A stretch of 64,000 nucleotides of DNA from Hemiscyllium ocellatum (GCF_020745735.1 NC_083425.1:36257575-36321574); one strand, 5' to 3'; counted from the first letter of the stretch, positions 12,542-24,700 are shown. Notes: generated by a model not told the origin, from the sequence alone. Numbers and translations are program-made.

Positions 12542-13569
12542 TGCAAGAGCCAAGCCAGAGGCAAAGGAGGGGCAAAGCTGGTCGTGAGCAGTTAAAATTG
12601 GGGGAAAAAAGGGGCAAAACTGGAAGGAAGAGTAAAACTAAAAGGAGATAAAATTCGATGAAAGAGGGCAAAACAGGGACAGAGGTTGGTTGAAAACAAA
12701 GCAGCGCTATTAATCACGTAAACCAGATAGGGAACCCCACTATCACTTGTATCCAATGCTTAAAGGGGAGATGAGATAAGGCTGCAAGAAATGGCGAGAT
12801 ATTTCTCCTTAGAAATATACAAAAAAAGGAGCATAAGTAGATGATCAGCGATATGAATAAAAGAAATATCCAAGTATACAGCAATGCTGACTGATGAGTT
12901 CTTAAAATTCCGTTCCTGCAGCTATGCGCAGATGATATGAGCCAAAAGGATAGCGACTAGAGAACACAAAAGAAATTGCATCAACACCAATACTAGTACA
13001 AAAAACAAAATACTGTGAACTCTGGAAGTCAGAAATAATACCCCAAAAATGCTGGTAAGGATAACAAAGAAATTCGTCAGCATATAGAGAAAATGGTGTT
13101 AGTGACAGACGGGCGGCACTTGAAGTTCAATGAAAAGGTGCATTTTGATAAGGAGAACATACAAAGACAAGACCTAGGGTACAACTCTAAAAGAGGTACA
13201 GAAGCAGAGGGACCTGAGCGTACTTGTGCAAAAGTCATTGATGTTGACCAAATACGTTGAAAGAAAGTTACTCCTTTGATAAGCTAAGTTTTGTCAATAG
13301 AGACATAACGTACAGAGAAAAGTTATATTTTTAAAAGCTTTTTTTTGAGACTTTGTGAAAGGCTATTCTTGATCTCTGGGGCTACCTTTTTGATTTTCTG
13401 GAGGTTTTTTCAGCCTCAAATAACTCATTTATTAGTGATGCAATCTTGTACTAATACCTTCTGCACTTGTGTTGACACATATATTTGGACTCAAGCAGAA
13501 TTATAATAATTATCATTTTCCATTAAACTCAAAACCACAACTCAAGAATAGCACTAATTTCCTAGAAAT

Positions 13570-13790
13570 ACTATTTAAACTAGCACAAAAGACAGAACAA
13601 AAATCTTCTTGAGAAGATTTGTAGCTTAAGTTATGAAATGATGTCACCCACCTCAGCAAACCAGGACACATTAATAGCAAGCAGGACAGAACACCAATGC
13701 TTCACCAGAGGTGCACTGATGTTACCTAGTATGGTGATGAAACATCTGCAAACAAACCTACCAGCTCAGCGGGCAGGTCAACAACCTCAA
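13570..13790 (+). mobile_element. Penelope-terminus-like fragment (family D) with degenerate hammerhead at 13712-13750
   Basis: tgca-CTGAT(G)-gttacc tagtat ggtgat-GAAA-ca-TC-tgca: helices I and II recognisable, core shortened. Confidence 0.55.
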
Positions 13791-14337
13791 AATCCTCTCT
13801 CACCTTCCATGCCCCCAAATTAAATCTCACACAAAAAGCCATCACTCTAATATATCTTCCAGACATAGTGAGGTCACAATTAAAGCACTTCCATCAAAAA
13901 TACACAAAGCTGCAACATTTTAATCAGGCAGATCCTACCCTTTTTGCTGCATCCCAAATTTCAATGACTGTGCTCATTATAATAGCATCCATTACATTAT
14001 TCTCTATGCAGCTTCTGAATTTATTTATGTATTATAATTTGTTTTATAGAATTGGAACTGTTGGAGATTGGAAAAACCATTTTCTTGTGTTTCAGAATTA
14101 ACAGTTTGACTCCATCTACCAGGAGAGAATGGTGGACTCCCCTCTGAAAGTTGACTATGATGTTGTTAACAATCCTACTTCTCTAAGTAATATTAACATG
14201 TTGAAAATGTATCAAGTATAATTTCCCTATTAAAAAAGGGACAAGTGGAAAAATAGAGAACTAAAAACAGTTAGAAATAAATTATAGGAAAACTGAAATT
14301 TATTAATGGGCATGTGGTATGAGAACAATTAGATTAA

Positions 14338-14716
14338 GGAATCTTGTGGTGCAGTGATTGTATCCCTACCTCTGAGACAGGAGACCTGGGTACATATCCC
14401 AGCTGCTCCAGAAGAATATAACATCTCTGAAAAGGTTGATTAAAAAATATCTATTAGGGCAATTGGATTAGGAGCTCTTGTACTGCAATAATAGTGTCCC
14501 AACCCTGTACCAAGAAGCTTGGGTTCATACTCCACCAGTTCCAGAGGTAATAAATGTCTCAACAGCATGATTAGAAAATATCTATTAAAGCTATTGGGGG
14601 TTCTTGTGGAAGTGGTAGCGTCCCTCCTTTAAGCCAAGAGGCCTTATTCAAATTTCACCAGCTCCAAGGATGTGTAATAGCATCACTGAACAGGTTGGAA
14701 AAGAAAATATTCATTA
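14338..14716 (+). repeat. Head-to-tail trimer of a ~120-bp tRNA-derived SINE-like unit
   Basis: Units 14338-14456, 14471-14587, 14596-14716, each with A-box-like 'tgtggtgcagtg', B-box-like 'gggttcatactcc' and a shared end 'aaaatatctatta'. Confidence 0.75.
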
Positions 14717-14940
14717 TTGCAATTGGGTCAATTGTGATATGATTAGACAGCATCAACATTAATTGACAAAAAGCAAATTCTGTTCAGAGTTTTGTTATAG
14801 GCTCTGTCTAATAGGGTAGAAAAAGATGCACAAATAGATGTAATGTATCTGGATTTTCAAAAATATTTCGAATAGATGTCATTCAGACGCCTGATGTGGA
14901 TGTACCGGTGTTGGACTGGGATAGACAAAGTTAAAAATCA

Positions 14941-15042
14941 GAGTAAAAGATTCCTGATGAAGGGCTTATGCTCGAAACGTCGAATTCTCTATTCCTGAGA
15001 TGCTGCCTGGCCTGCTGTGCTTTGACCAGCAACACATTTGCA
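14941..15042 (+). mobile_element. Family A Penelope-terminus element with 14-bp TSD
   Basis: TSD aaagttaaaaatca at 14927-14940 and 15043-15056; near-identical to the reverse complement of 31210-31302. Confidence 0.85.
14950..14985 (+). ncRNA. Minimal type I hammerhead ribozyme motif, intact core
   Basis: ATTC-CTGATGA-A-GGGC ttat GCTC-GAAA-CG-TC^GAAT; predicted cleavage after 14981. Confidence 0.8.
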
Positions 15043-15095
15043 AAAGTTAAAAATCACACTACACCAGCTTAGAGTCCAACAAGTTTGTTTTGAAG

Positions 15096-15130
15096 TACTA
15101 GCTTTCAGAGTGCTGTTCCTTCATCAGGTA
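15096..15130 (-). ncRNA. Minimal hammerhead motif (family B), weakened helix II
   Basis: Minus strand TAC-CTGATGA-A-GGA acagcac TCT-GAAA-GC-TA^GTA. Confidence 0.6.
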
Positions 15131-15229
15131 ATTAGTGGAGTGGGATCATAAGACAAAATTTATAATGATTATAGTGATATATTGAACAAAAGCTTGTAAC
15201 ACAATTTGGATTCATTGGATTGTCAGTAG

Positions 15230-15855
15230 TTCCTTAAAAATGCATCACAGGTGATCAGGGTGTGAAGTGTTTGGCACACTTGGTCTCATTGCTCAGACCT
15301 TTAAATATAGAGGTTGGAACATCATGTTGCAATCGTACAAGATGTGGGTAAGGTCACTTTGGAGAACCGTGTTCAATTCTGGTTGCCCTAACATAGGGAG
15401 GGTATTATTAAATTGGCAAGGTTGCAGAAAAGATTTACAAGGATATTACCAGGACTGAATGGTTCAAGTTATAGAGGCTGGATAGGCTGGGACATTTTTC
15501 ACTGGAGTGTAGAAAGTTGAGGGATGATCTTACAGAGATCTATAAAATCATGAAGGGCACAAATAGGGTGAATAGCAAAGGCTTCTCCCTAGGGTAAAAA
15601 AGTTCAAAACTAGAGGGCATAATTTTAAGGTGAGAGGAGAAAGATTTAAAAGGGACCTGAGGGGCAACCTTTTCACACTGGGTAATTCACATGTGGAATG
15701 AATTACCAGAGTAAGTGTACAGGTACGGTTACCACATTAAAAAGATATTTGGACAGGTACATGAATAGAAATGGGCCAAATGCAGGCAAGATTGGGAAAC
15801 CTGGACGCCATGAACATGTTGGATCAAAAGTTTTGTTTCAATGCAATGACTCTAA
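15230..15855 (+). mobile_element. CR1 LINE 3' fragment
   Basis: C-terminal ORF2 motifs and 'atgactcta' tail. Confidence 0.82.
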
Positions 15856-16037
15856 AGATTCCACATTGATTTGCAAAAAAAATCATTATGCCAATAATTT
15901 CAACTTCCAATTGCAAAGACTCTTATTCTGAATTTGTTTTTGTGCATGATCATATAAAGTGCTTTATGAAAATCCAATACACTACATCTACCAATTTCCA
16001 TTTCTCTCCTACAAATGTCTATAAAAGAATCTAAAAT

Positions 16038-16285
16038 CAGTGGAATTTGCACATTCTCCACAGGTCTGCATGGATTTCCTCCAGCTGCTCCTGTTTCCTT
16101 CCAGAGTCCAAAGGTGTGTAATTAGGTTGATTAGCTATGCTAAATTGCCCTGTAGAGTCCAGACATGTGTTGGCTAGGTGAGTTAGCTTTGGTAAATGCA
16201 GGGTTCAGGGTTTAGGGGGTAAGGTGCAGGGCTGGTTCTGGGTGGGACGCTCTTTGGAAGGCCAGTGCTTCTTTCCACACTGTGA
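16038..16285 (+). mobile_element. Older V-SINE (HE1-like), 5' truncated
   Basis: 'gtggaatttgcacattctcc...ctcctgtttccttccagagtccaaag...atgctaaattgccc'. Confidence 0.75.
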
Positions 16286-16674
16286 GGGGTTCAGTAAAAC
16301 AAAACTGTTAATTTTCTGATTTTCCAAATGCATTGTAAGATTTCCTTAATAATAGGAAAAAATACCTATCTCACTCTGTTTTGAAAAGCAATGTTAAGAC
16401 TGATCATTTCTAGGTTGAAGCTTACAACTTTTAAGTTCAACAGGTCTGTGGCCAAATTTTGATTTCAGACAATACATTGCATAGGTTTTAAAACTGGCCT
16501 CAACATCTTGAAGCAAATGGAACAAGACGAGCCAGAACTACTGCATAGAAACATTCTCTTCAAGAAGTATCAGGGCAGGGTGTGGTTAGGCTCCATATTC
16601 TCCAAATCTACCCAGTGAACCTACCATTGCTGATAAGAAAAAATGGGCTTAAGAGAATGAGAAACTTTGTCAGT

Positions 16675-16965
16675 CATGGCTCAGTGATTCCACTAATGCC
16701 AGAGTTAGAAGATTGTGAATTCCAGAAGGGACTTAATCATAACATTGAGCTGATACATCAATTCTTAAAGGTGTTGTCTTTTGGATGTGATATTGAACAG
16801 TATTCCATATGTGTGTAATAGGTTCTAAAGCATATCTGGAAAGAGAAGCAGATTAATTTCTGGTGCCCTGGCCATTATTTATCTCTCATTCCTATATTTA
16901 ACTTAATTGCATGAAAAGTCCTTGGGACAGACTTGTAGGATAATGAATGGAACTCTAAATGCAAG
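16675..16965 (+). mobile_element. Decayed Deu-domain SINE (SacSINE1/AmnSINE-like)
   Basis: 'ggtgttgtcttttggatgtgatattgaac...gagaagcag...tggtgccctggccattattttatctctca' resembles the Deu core. Confidence 0.55.
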
Positions 16966-17376
16966 TTCTTCCTTTCAATTTGCTGAAAAAAACTATATAT
17001 AATAGAATAATAAATCAGATTGGCTTCAGCAGCACTTCTGATTTCATTTGGAGGGGAGCCACTGGAAGTAGATTGATAAGCATAAATTGAACTGGTCTGA
17101 AATATGGATACTGGTTAATAAAACATCTTTATGGTGAGCAGCACCACAAACAAGAGTGCACAGTACTTTTCTCTTAATTTGTTTATCATTCTTTGAGATC
17201 TGCTCAAATTCAATCCTTGGTCTGTAGATTCCGATCACCCGCTGGTGCCTCACCAGTTCGCTATACATTATATGCCAATGCAGTCAGCTAATGGCCAAGT
17301 CTGACCCAAACCTTGCTGGATATCGACAAACACATTCCTAACATGTCAGAACTGAAGCAACAAATATTTTAGTCGT

Positions 17377-17545
17377 GATTTAAACATTTCAAATTATGAT
17401 ATTTCCATATCACTTAGTGCTGTACTGGAAGTGGGGCACCATTAATTCAGTGATAATAATACTGACTGAGCCAAGTTAATGTATTAATAGCAGAAGACAA
17501 AGGACAGCTTTCTTCAAATGTGCCGACTGGAGAGTCAGCAGGGTT
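17377..17545. repeat. Local dispersed duplicate, copy A (paralog of 20126-20305)
   Basis: Colinear match, e.g. 'tcacttagtgctgtactggaa..taattcagtga..tactgactgagccaagttaat..aatagcagaag..ttcaaatgtgc..agagtcagca'. Confidence 0.85.
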
Positions 17546-17789
17546 AAAAGATCCTTCAGGTGCCCGGTTAATTGAGTGAGTGATAGGAAAACAGCCTGAA
17601 GAACCTCGTACATTTCCCACCCTGGTCTTTGGAACAGTTTGTGATGCAGATGGTCTCACCCATGAAGAATTCTGGTCGTGGCATGACACAGATTGCAGAT
17701 TAAACCCAGAACTTTACTGCTTCATTAAGTATTAATTATTTTAACCAGTTGTAGTAGAATCACATTACAAAGCATTAAAAACGAGATGC

Positions 17790-18411
17790 TAAACATAACA
17801 ATTTAGTTTTTAATTGTTTTAATAAGGAATTTATGAAACAAGAGACACACAAGGAAAACAAAATGAAGGAACCCATCTTCTGACCTATTTTACACTACTT
17901 TAATACAGCACCAAGAATGCTTTGTGGGTCTACAACAATACAAATTGTATAAAATAATGGGTTTGTCCTTACACTGATACAGGAAATGGCAAACATTGAG
18001 CAAGCTATGCCAGTTCAAACCACTGAAAACAATGAAATGAATAATTTATCTTATTACAAATTTTTAAAAGCTACATTAGGAGCCAAACACAAACAGATAG
18101 AATAAAAAAATAGTTTGCTAAAATGGATTTTTGGGAATTAGAAATCTGGTTTGGTCGAGTATTCCTACTGTTGCAGACTTCAGTAAAAACCATTTGATTC
18201 CGATTGTTCTGTATAAACTGGTCATTTTTATTATTTAAAATCAAATGTAATAAGATTAACCAGCAAACAATAAAAGCTCTTATGAAGGTGTATGTGGATG
18301 TAAAATATTCTACAAATGTTTTCCAAATTGCTGCTGAGAGTAACTTGCTGCTTTGTCAGAAGCGCTGATGATCTATGGATAATCAGACAATTACATGGAG
18401 AGTGTCAGCAG
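17790..18411 (-). other. SUMO2: Probable SUMO2 3' UTR with candidate poly(A) signals
   Basis: Repeat-free AT-rich sequence after the stop. Minus-strand AATAAA at 18227-18232; ATTAAA at 17899-17904, 17818-17823 and 17809-17814. The 3' end is inferred. Confidence 0.6.
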
Positions 18412-18474
18412 TCAGTACTGGCCCCCAGTCTGCTGCTGGAATACATCAATTGTGTCCTCATCTTCCATCTCCAA
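18412..18474 (-). CDS. SUMO2: SUMO2 coding exon 4
   Basis: ttttgtattgcag|TTG; LEMEDEDTIDVFQQQTGGQY*; di-glycine plus 2-residue tail as in SUMO2. Confidence 0.96.
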   Translation of the reverse strand: MEMEDEDTIDVFQQQTGGQY

Positions 18475-18675
18475 CTGCAATACAAAACAACTGTTAGAAA
18501 AATACACCATCAATATAGGGTAACATTTGCACTGCTGAAATTGGAAATTACTGGTGTGTTTTATTTTCCCCCATTTTCTCTCATTTTCATATTCAATACA
18601 AAGTTTGAGTGTGAGTGAAGGCAAAAAGGTCTGAAATTTTATTGTGACAATGAATCATGTAGACATTACATCACA

Positions 18676-20031
18676 ATAGACAACAGAAGTAGGAGTGGGC
18701 CATTCTGCCCTTTGAGCCTGCACCACCATTCAATATGATCATGGCTGATCATCCTTAATCAATATTCTGTTCTGTCTCCATAACCCTTGATTCTACAATC
18801 CTTAAGAGCTCTATCCAACTCTTTCTTAAATGAAACCAGAGACTGGGCCTCCACTGCCCTCTGGGGCAGAGCATTCCACACAGCCACCACTCTCTGGGTG
18901 AAGAAGTTTCTCCTCCTCTCTATGCTAAATGGTCTACCCCGTATTTTTAAGCTGTGTCTTCTGGTTCGGCACTCACCCATCAGCGGAAACATGCTTGCTG
19001 CCTCTAGAGTGTCCAATCCTTTAATAATCTTACATGTCTCAATCAGATCCCCTCTCCGTCTTCTAAACTCAAGAGTATACAAGCCCAGTCGCTCCAGTCT
19101 TTCAGTGTAAGGTAATCCCGCCATTCCAGGAATTGACCTCATGAACCTATGCTGCACTCCCTCAATAGCCAGAATGTCTTTCCTCAAATCTGGAGACCAG
19201 AACTGCACACAGTACTCCAGGTGTGGTCTCACCAGAGCTCTGTACAGCTGCAGAAGAACCTCTTTGCTGCTATACTCAATCCCTCTTGTTATGAAGGCCA
19301 GCATGCTATTAGCCTTCTTCACTACCTGCTGACCTGCATGCTTACCTTCATTGACTGGTGTACAAGAACACCAGATCTCTCTATACTACCCCTTTACCTA
19401 CATTGATTCCATTGAGGTAGTAATCTGCCTTCCTGTTCTTGCCACCAAAGTGGATAACCATACATTTATCCACATTAAACTGCATCTGCCATGCATCTGA
19501 CCACTCACCTAACTTGTCCAGGTCACTCTGTAATCTCCGAACATCCTAATCACATTTCACCCTGCCACCCACGTTAGCATCATCAGCAAATTTGCCAATG
19601 TTATTGCTAATACCATCTTCTACATCATTAACATATATTGTAAAAAGCTGCGATCCCAGTACTGATCCTGCGGTACCCCACTGGTCACTGCCTGCCATTC
19701 CGAAATGGAGCCATTTATCACTACTCTTTGTTTCCTATCAGGCAACCAACTTTCAATCCAAGCTAGTACTTTGTCCCCAATACCATGCGCCCTAATTTTG
19801 CTCACTAATCTCCGATGTGGGACTTTATCAAAAGCTTTCTGAAAGTCCAGGTACACTACATCTACTGGATCTCCATCAGAGTTACATCCTCAAAAAATTC
19901 CAGAAGATTAGTCAAGCATGATTTCCCCTTCACAAATCCATGCTGACTCTGACCTATCCTGTTACTACTATCCAGATGTGTCATAATTTCATCCTTTATA
20001 ATAGACTCCAGCATCTTTCTCACCACTGAGG
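18676..20031 (-). mobile_element. CR1 LINE 3' fragment (RT + C-terminus), relatively young
   Basis: YLDFQKAFDKVPH, SGVPQ and LVRPHLEYCVQFWSP in the ORF track; possible TSD tcaca at 18671-18675 and 20032-20036. Confidence 0.92.
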
Positions 20032-20125
20032 TCACAGAGCAGAAGAACTAGAAAATCATAGCACTTTTTAGAATTAGTATTGAAATGCAAACGCTTCTAA
20101 TCATTTCAAATGGGTAGAATTATTG

Positions 20126-20305
20126 GATTAAATATTTCAATTTATGAGATTCCCACAATGTGGCTGTCACTTACTGCTGTACTGGAATTGGAGTACCAAT
20201 AATTCAGTGACAGCACTACTGACTGAGTCAAGTTAATTCATTAAATAGCAGAAGGAAAAGGATATTCAGTTTCTTTCAAATGTGCTGATTATAGAGTCAG
20301 CAAGG
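20126..20305. repeat. Local dispersed duplicate, copy B (paralog of 17377-17545)
   Basis: See copy A; lies in SUMO2 intron 3. Confidence 0.85.
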
Positions 20306-20419
20306 TAGAAACTCTAGCTTTTCCCTTTGTTTAGCTTCTATTATTGTCAAAACTGTGGGCCAATGCACTTGTACTGAAGTCCCCTCAGTGTACTTTCTAT
20401 TTTTTGGCAATCTATTTTT

Positions 20420-21790
20420 CTATTTGCTCATGGATTTGTAATCACTGGCTGGGTCAGTATTTACTGCCCATCCCCAACTACCCTTCAAAAGGTGGTGGTG
20501 AGGCACCTTCTTGAACTACTGCAGTCAATAGACAGTAGTACACCGGCAGTACTGTTAGCGTTAAGATTTTGACCTAAAAGCAGTGAAGGAACAATGATAC
20601 AGCTCCAAGTCAGAATGGTGTATGAATTGTAGGGGAAATTCGAGATGACAATGCTCCAGTGCATCTGTTTCCCTTCTCCTCCTAGGTGGCAGAGGTAGTG
20701 GGTTCAGAAGATGCTGTTCAAAAAGCAATGGCGAGTTGCTACAGTGCATCATTAGGAAGGTACACACTGTTCCATTACACATTGGAGTTGGATGAAATGA
20801 GTAAATGTTTAAGCAACCGCTTTGTCCTGGATGTTGTCGAGCTTCTTGAGTGTTGTTGGAGCTGCATTAATCTAGACAAATGGAAATAATTCCATCACAC
20901 TCCTTTTTAGCCTTGTAGATGGCAGACAGGCTTTGAGGGAACAGGATTTGGAGTATTTGCCCCAGACTTCCTAGGCTCTCAATCTCATCTGTTGCCACAG
21001 TATTTATATGGCTGGTCAAGTTCAGTTTTTATGTTAGTGTAAACTCCAGGAAATTAGTAACGGAGGATTCAATAATGGCAACATGTTTGAATGTCAAAGG
21101 AGTAGGGTTAGATTCTTGCTTGTTGGAAACGATCATTATTAAGCTCTTGTGGCAACAAAATTACTTTTTGGCCGTAGCCCAGATGCTGTCCAGATCTTGC
21201 TGCATATGGACACAATATCGGAGGATTCATGAATTGTGCTGCACATTGGTGCTGATAGTCACATATCCCCACTTCTGACCTTATAATGGAAGGAGTTCAT
21301 TGATGAAGCAGCTGAAGATGATTGCGCCCGGATCACTATTCTGAAGAACTCCTCCACTGATGTCGTGTGATTGAGACAATTGACATCTAACAACCATGCT
21401 ATCTTCTTGCAGGGTACGTATATCTCTACGCAATAACGTATATCTCTAACGTTCTCCATGATTTTTACGGACTCTTTTGTCCTTGATGCCATATTTAGTC
21501 AAACACCTCCTTGCTGTCATGCTCAGTCACCCTCACCTCTAGAATTCAGATTTTTAATCCATATTTGGACCAAGGCTTCAATGAGCTGAACGGCTCCCGC
21601 AGAACCTAAACTGAATGTCAGTGAGCAAGTTATTGCTGAGCAAATACAATTTCATAGTCAACAACCTCTTTCATCACTGATGACTGAAAGTAAACTGATG
21701 GGGCAGTAATTGACCAGGCTAGATTTTCACTGCTTTTTGAGCATAGGACTTACTTGGGTAATATGCCACATTGTCATGCAAATACATTCA
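20420..21790 (-). mobile_element. Second LINE family (CR1/L2 group), decayed
   Basis: 3' end 'tcatggatttgtaatcactggctgggtcagtatttactgcccatcccc' and RT remnant 'ccttgatgccatatttagtcaaacac' (FD..WHQG-like on minus); related pieces at ~4680-4870 and 30430-32420. Confidence 0.65.
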
Positions 21791-24700
21791 CAGAGTCTTT
21801 ACAGCAGGGAATAAGGTCCTTCAGCTCATTGTGTCCACACCAGTCATCAGACATCCAGCTATTTTAATTCCATTTTTCAGTACTTGACCAATAGCCTTGT
21901 TTGCTACAGAATTTCAAGTGCTCATCTAAATAGTTGTTACATGCAGTGTGTGTTCCGGCCTCAACCGCACGTTCAGGCAGTGAGTTTCAGATACCAACAA
22001 TCCTTTGGATGAAAAGGCTTTTCCTCTAATTCCCTCGAAACCTTCTGCCACTTATCTTAAAAAAATTTACCCGCTGGTTACTGACCACTATCCTGAGCAG
22101 GAAGTTTCTGCCTACCTATCCTGTCTGTGTTCCTCAGAACTTTATACTCTTCAATCAGATCCCTCTAAAGAAAATTTACTGCTCTAAGGAAAACAAGCAC
22201 AGACTATTTAGTCTCTTTTTGTAATTTAATCACTCCAGCCCAGACAACATCCTGGTGAATTACTTGTGCAACCTCTTTAATGGAATGACATCCCTCCTTT
22301 GGTGTAGTAACCAGAACTGCTTACAGTAGTTCAGCTGTGGCCTAACTAATGTTATATACAGCTCCATAATAACCACTTTAATCTTGTATACTAATGAAGA
22401 CAAATATCCCTTATGCTTTCTTAATCATCAGAAGTACCTGTCTTGATGCCTTCAAAGACCTATGAACATGAACACCTCTGATCCTATGTATTTCACAAGT
22501 CCTACCATTCAACATTTTGTTAGTCCTCTCAAACATCCAGACCACATTTTTCAGGAAGTAAATTCTATTTGCCACTGTTCAACCCATCCATATACTCCAA
22601 TAGTTCAAGGCTTTTATCCTCACTATTTACCATACCACATATTTTCCTGACATCTGCGAACTTACTGATCGTATCTCCAACATTCATGTCTCGATAATTA
22701 AAATACACAACAAAAAGCAAAGGATCCAGTAGTGAATGCTTCTGGATACAGGCTTCTAGTCACAAAAAACACCCTTCAACACTGTTTCTTAAGCCAATTT
22801 TGGAGCATGGCAACATTCCAGTAAATCTTCTCTGCACACTCTTCAAAACAATAACATCCAGTGTGGTGACCAGAAATGCACATAGTACACTAGTTGTGGC
22901 CTCACCAGTATCATATACAGTTTCATCATTATATCTCTTTTTTTTATATCCCTTCTGTACGTCTTGAAAAGGAGAGCATTCCATATAGCTTTTTAAAACC
23001 TTATCGACCTGCACTGCTACCTGTAGGGACCTGTGAACTTACACACCAAGATTTCTCACTAACACTCTCAGTATATTCCCATTTACCTTGTGTTCCCCTT
23101 TACTATTTGACCTCCCCAAATGCATTACCTCATACATATCAGAGCTGAACTCCATTTGCCACTTTCCTGCGCACTCCATCAACTCATTTATATCATTTTG
23201 GAGCTTGCAGCTATCTTCCATAATATCTACGGCATGGCCAATTTTTGTGTCAACTGCAAATTTCTCACTTCATCCATTTACTCATCTTCATTTCCCAAAA
23301 GTAAACCCAGAATTTTGTCTCCTCTCTTTTTGTTAGTCAGATGTATACGGAAACAGACCCTTTGGTCCAACTTGTCTCCGCTAATCGGATATCCCAACCT
23401 AATCTAGTCCCATTTACCAGCATGTGGCCCATGTCCCTCTAAACCCTTCCTATTCATATATCCATCCAGATGCCTTTTAAATGTTGTAATTGTACCAGTC
23501 TCCACTTCTTCCCCGGCAGCTCATTCCACACTTGCACAACTCTGTGTGAAGATGTTGCTCACCAGGTCCCTTTTATATATAGTCATAGAGATGTACAGCA
23601 TGGAAACAGATCCTTCAGTCCAACTCTTCCATGCCAACCAGATATCCCAACCCAATCCAGTCACACCTGCCAGCACCTGGCCCATATCCCTCCAAACCCT
23701 TCCTATTCATATACCCATCCAGATGCCTTTATAAATGTTGCAATTGTACCAGCCTCCACCACTTCCTCTGGCAGCACATTCCATACACATACCACCCTCT
23801 GCGTCAAAAGGTTGCCCCATAGGTCCCTTTTATATCTTTCCCCTCTCACCCTAAACCTATGACCTCTAGTTCTGGACTCCTCATCCCAGGGAAAAGACAT
23901 TGTCTGTTTATCCTATCCGTGTCTCTCATGATTTTATAAACCTCTATAAGGTCACCCTTCAGCCTCCGACACTCCAGGGTAAACAGCCCCAGCCTATTCA
24001 GCCTCTCCCTATAGCTCAAATCCTCCAACCCTGCCACATCCCTGTAAATCTTTTCTGAACCCTTTCAAATTTCACATCCTTCGATAGGAAGGAGACCAGA
24101 ACTGCACGCGATGTGGAAAAAAAAATTCCTGGACAGAGTACATGAATGTTTCACCCTCAATGTTCCTTATGTCATTTCACCCTTATTATGCCCCAGTTGA
24201 TATCAGGATAGTTGAAGTCTCCTATTATCATTGCCCTCTTATTCCTCAAGGCAGAAATAGAACATATATGTTCCTCCATCTGCCTCTCACTATTTGAGTC
24301 TATAGTGTACTCTTAGTGGTATGTAGGTCCCTTTTTCATTTCTAAACACAACTCAAAGTCTCATTTGCTCATTTAGTATATCATCCTTTCTCACACCTAC
24401 AACGGATTCTTTAATCAATACACTACCCCACCCATCCTGCCTGAAAATTCTATATCCAGGGATATTGAGCTACCAACTTTGCCCCTCCTTTAGCTAAGTG
24501 TCCATTATAGCAACTACATCATGCTGCCAATTGTTTATCTGTGCCCTTAGTTCATCTGCCTTGTTTGCAATACTCTTGCATTGAAGTACAAACAGCTCAA
24601 CCCTGTCAATTTTCTTTGCTGGACATTTTTTAATCCTTGCTTCTTTTGTCTTTCCAAGTCACTGACTACATCACTACCTCCCTTTTCCTGATTCGATCAG

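Larger units (their letters stand above)
11880..12550. promoter_or_regulatory. CpG island at JPT1 5' end
   Basis: Marked GC and CpG enrichment relative to the CpG-poor flanks. Confidence 0.75.
14892..15200 (-). mobile_element. Penelope-terminus-like element (family B), interrupted by a family A insertion
   Basis: Matches 63703-63970 ('gatgtgga..ccggtgttggactggg..caaagttaaaaatcacac'); hammerhead motif on minus strand at 15096-15130. Confidence 0.75.

Noticed and set aside
12891-12920. CTGATGA as another hammerhead
   Set aside because: No helix II or GAAA downstream.
14338-14716. tRNA genes or a CRISPR-like array
   Set aside because: Degenerate SINE heads without a cloverleaf; vertebrate DNA; no identical repeats with unique spacers.
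16469-16618. Possible plus-strand exon (TIHCIGFKTGLNILKQMEQDEPELL...)
   Set aside because: Short open frame after an AG with no recognisable homology or partner exons.
17377-17545. snoRNA interpretation of the duplicated element
   Set aside because: No C box on the sense strand, an H box in only one copy, and hairpins too short for H/ACA.
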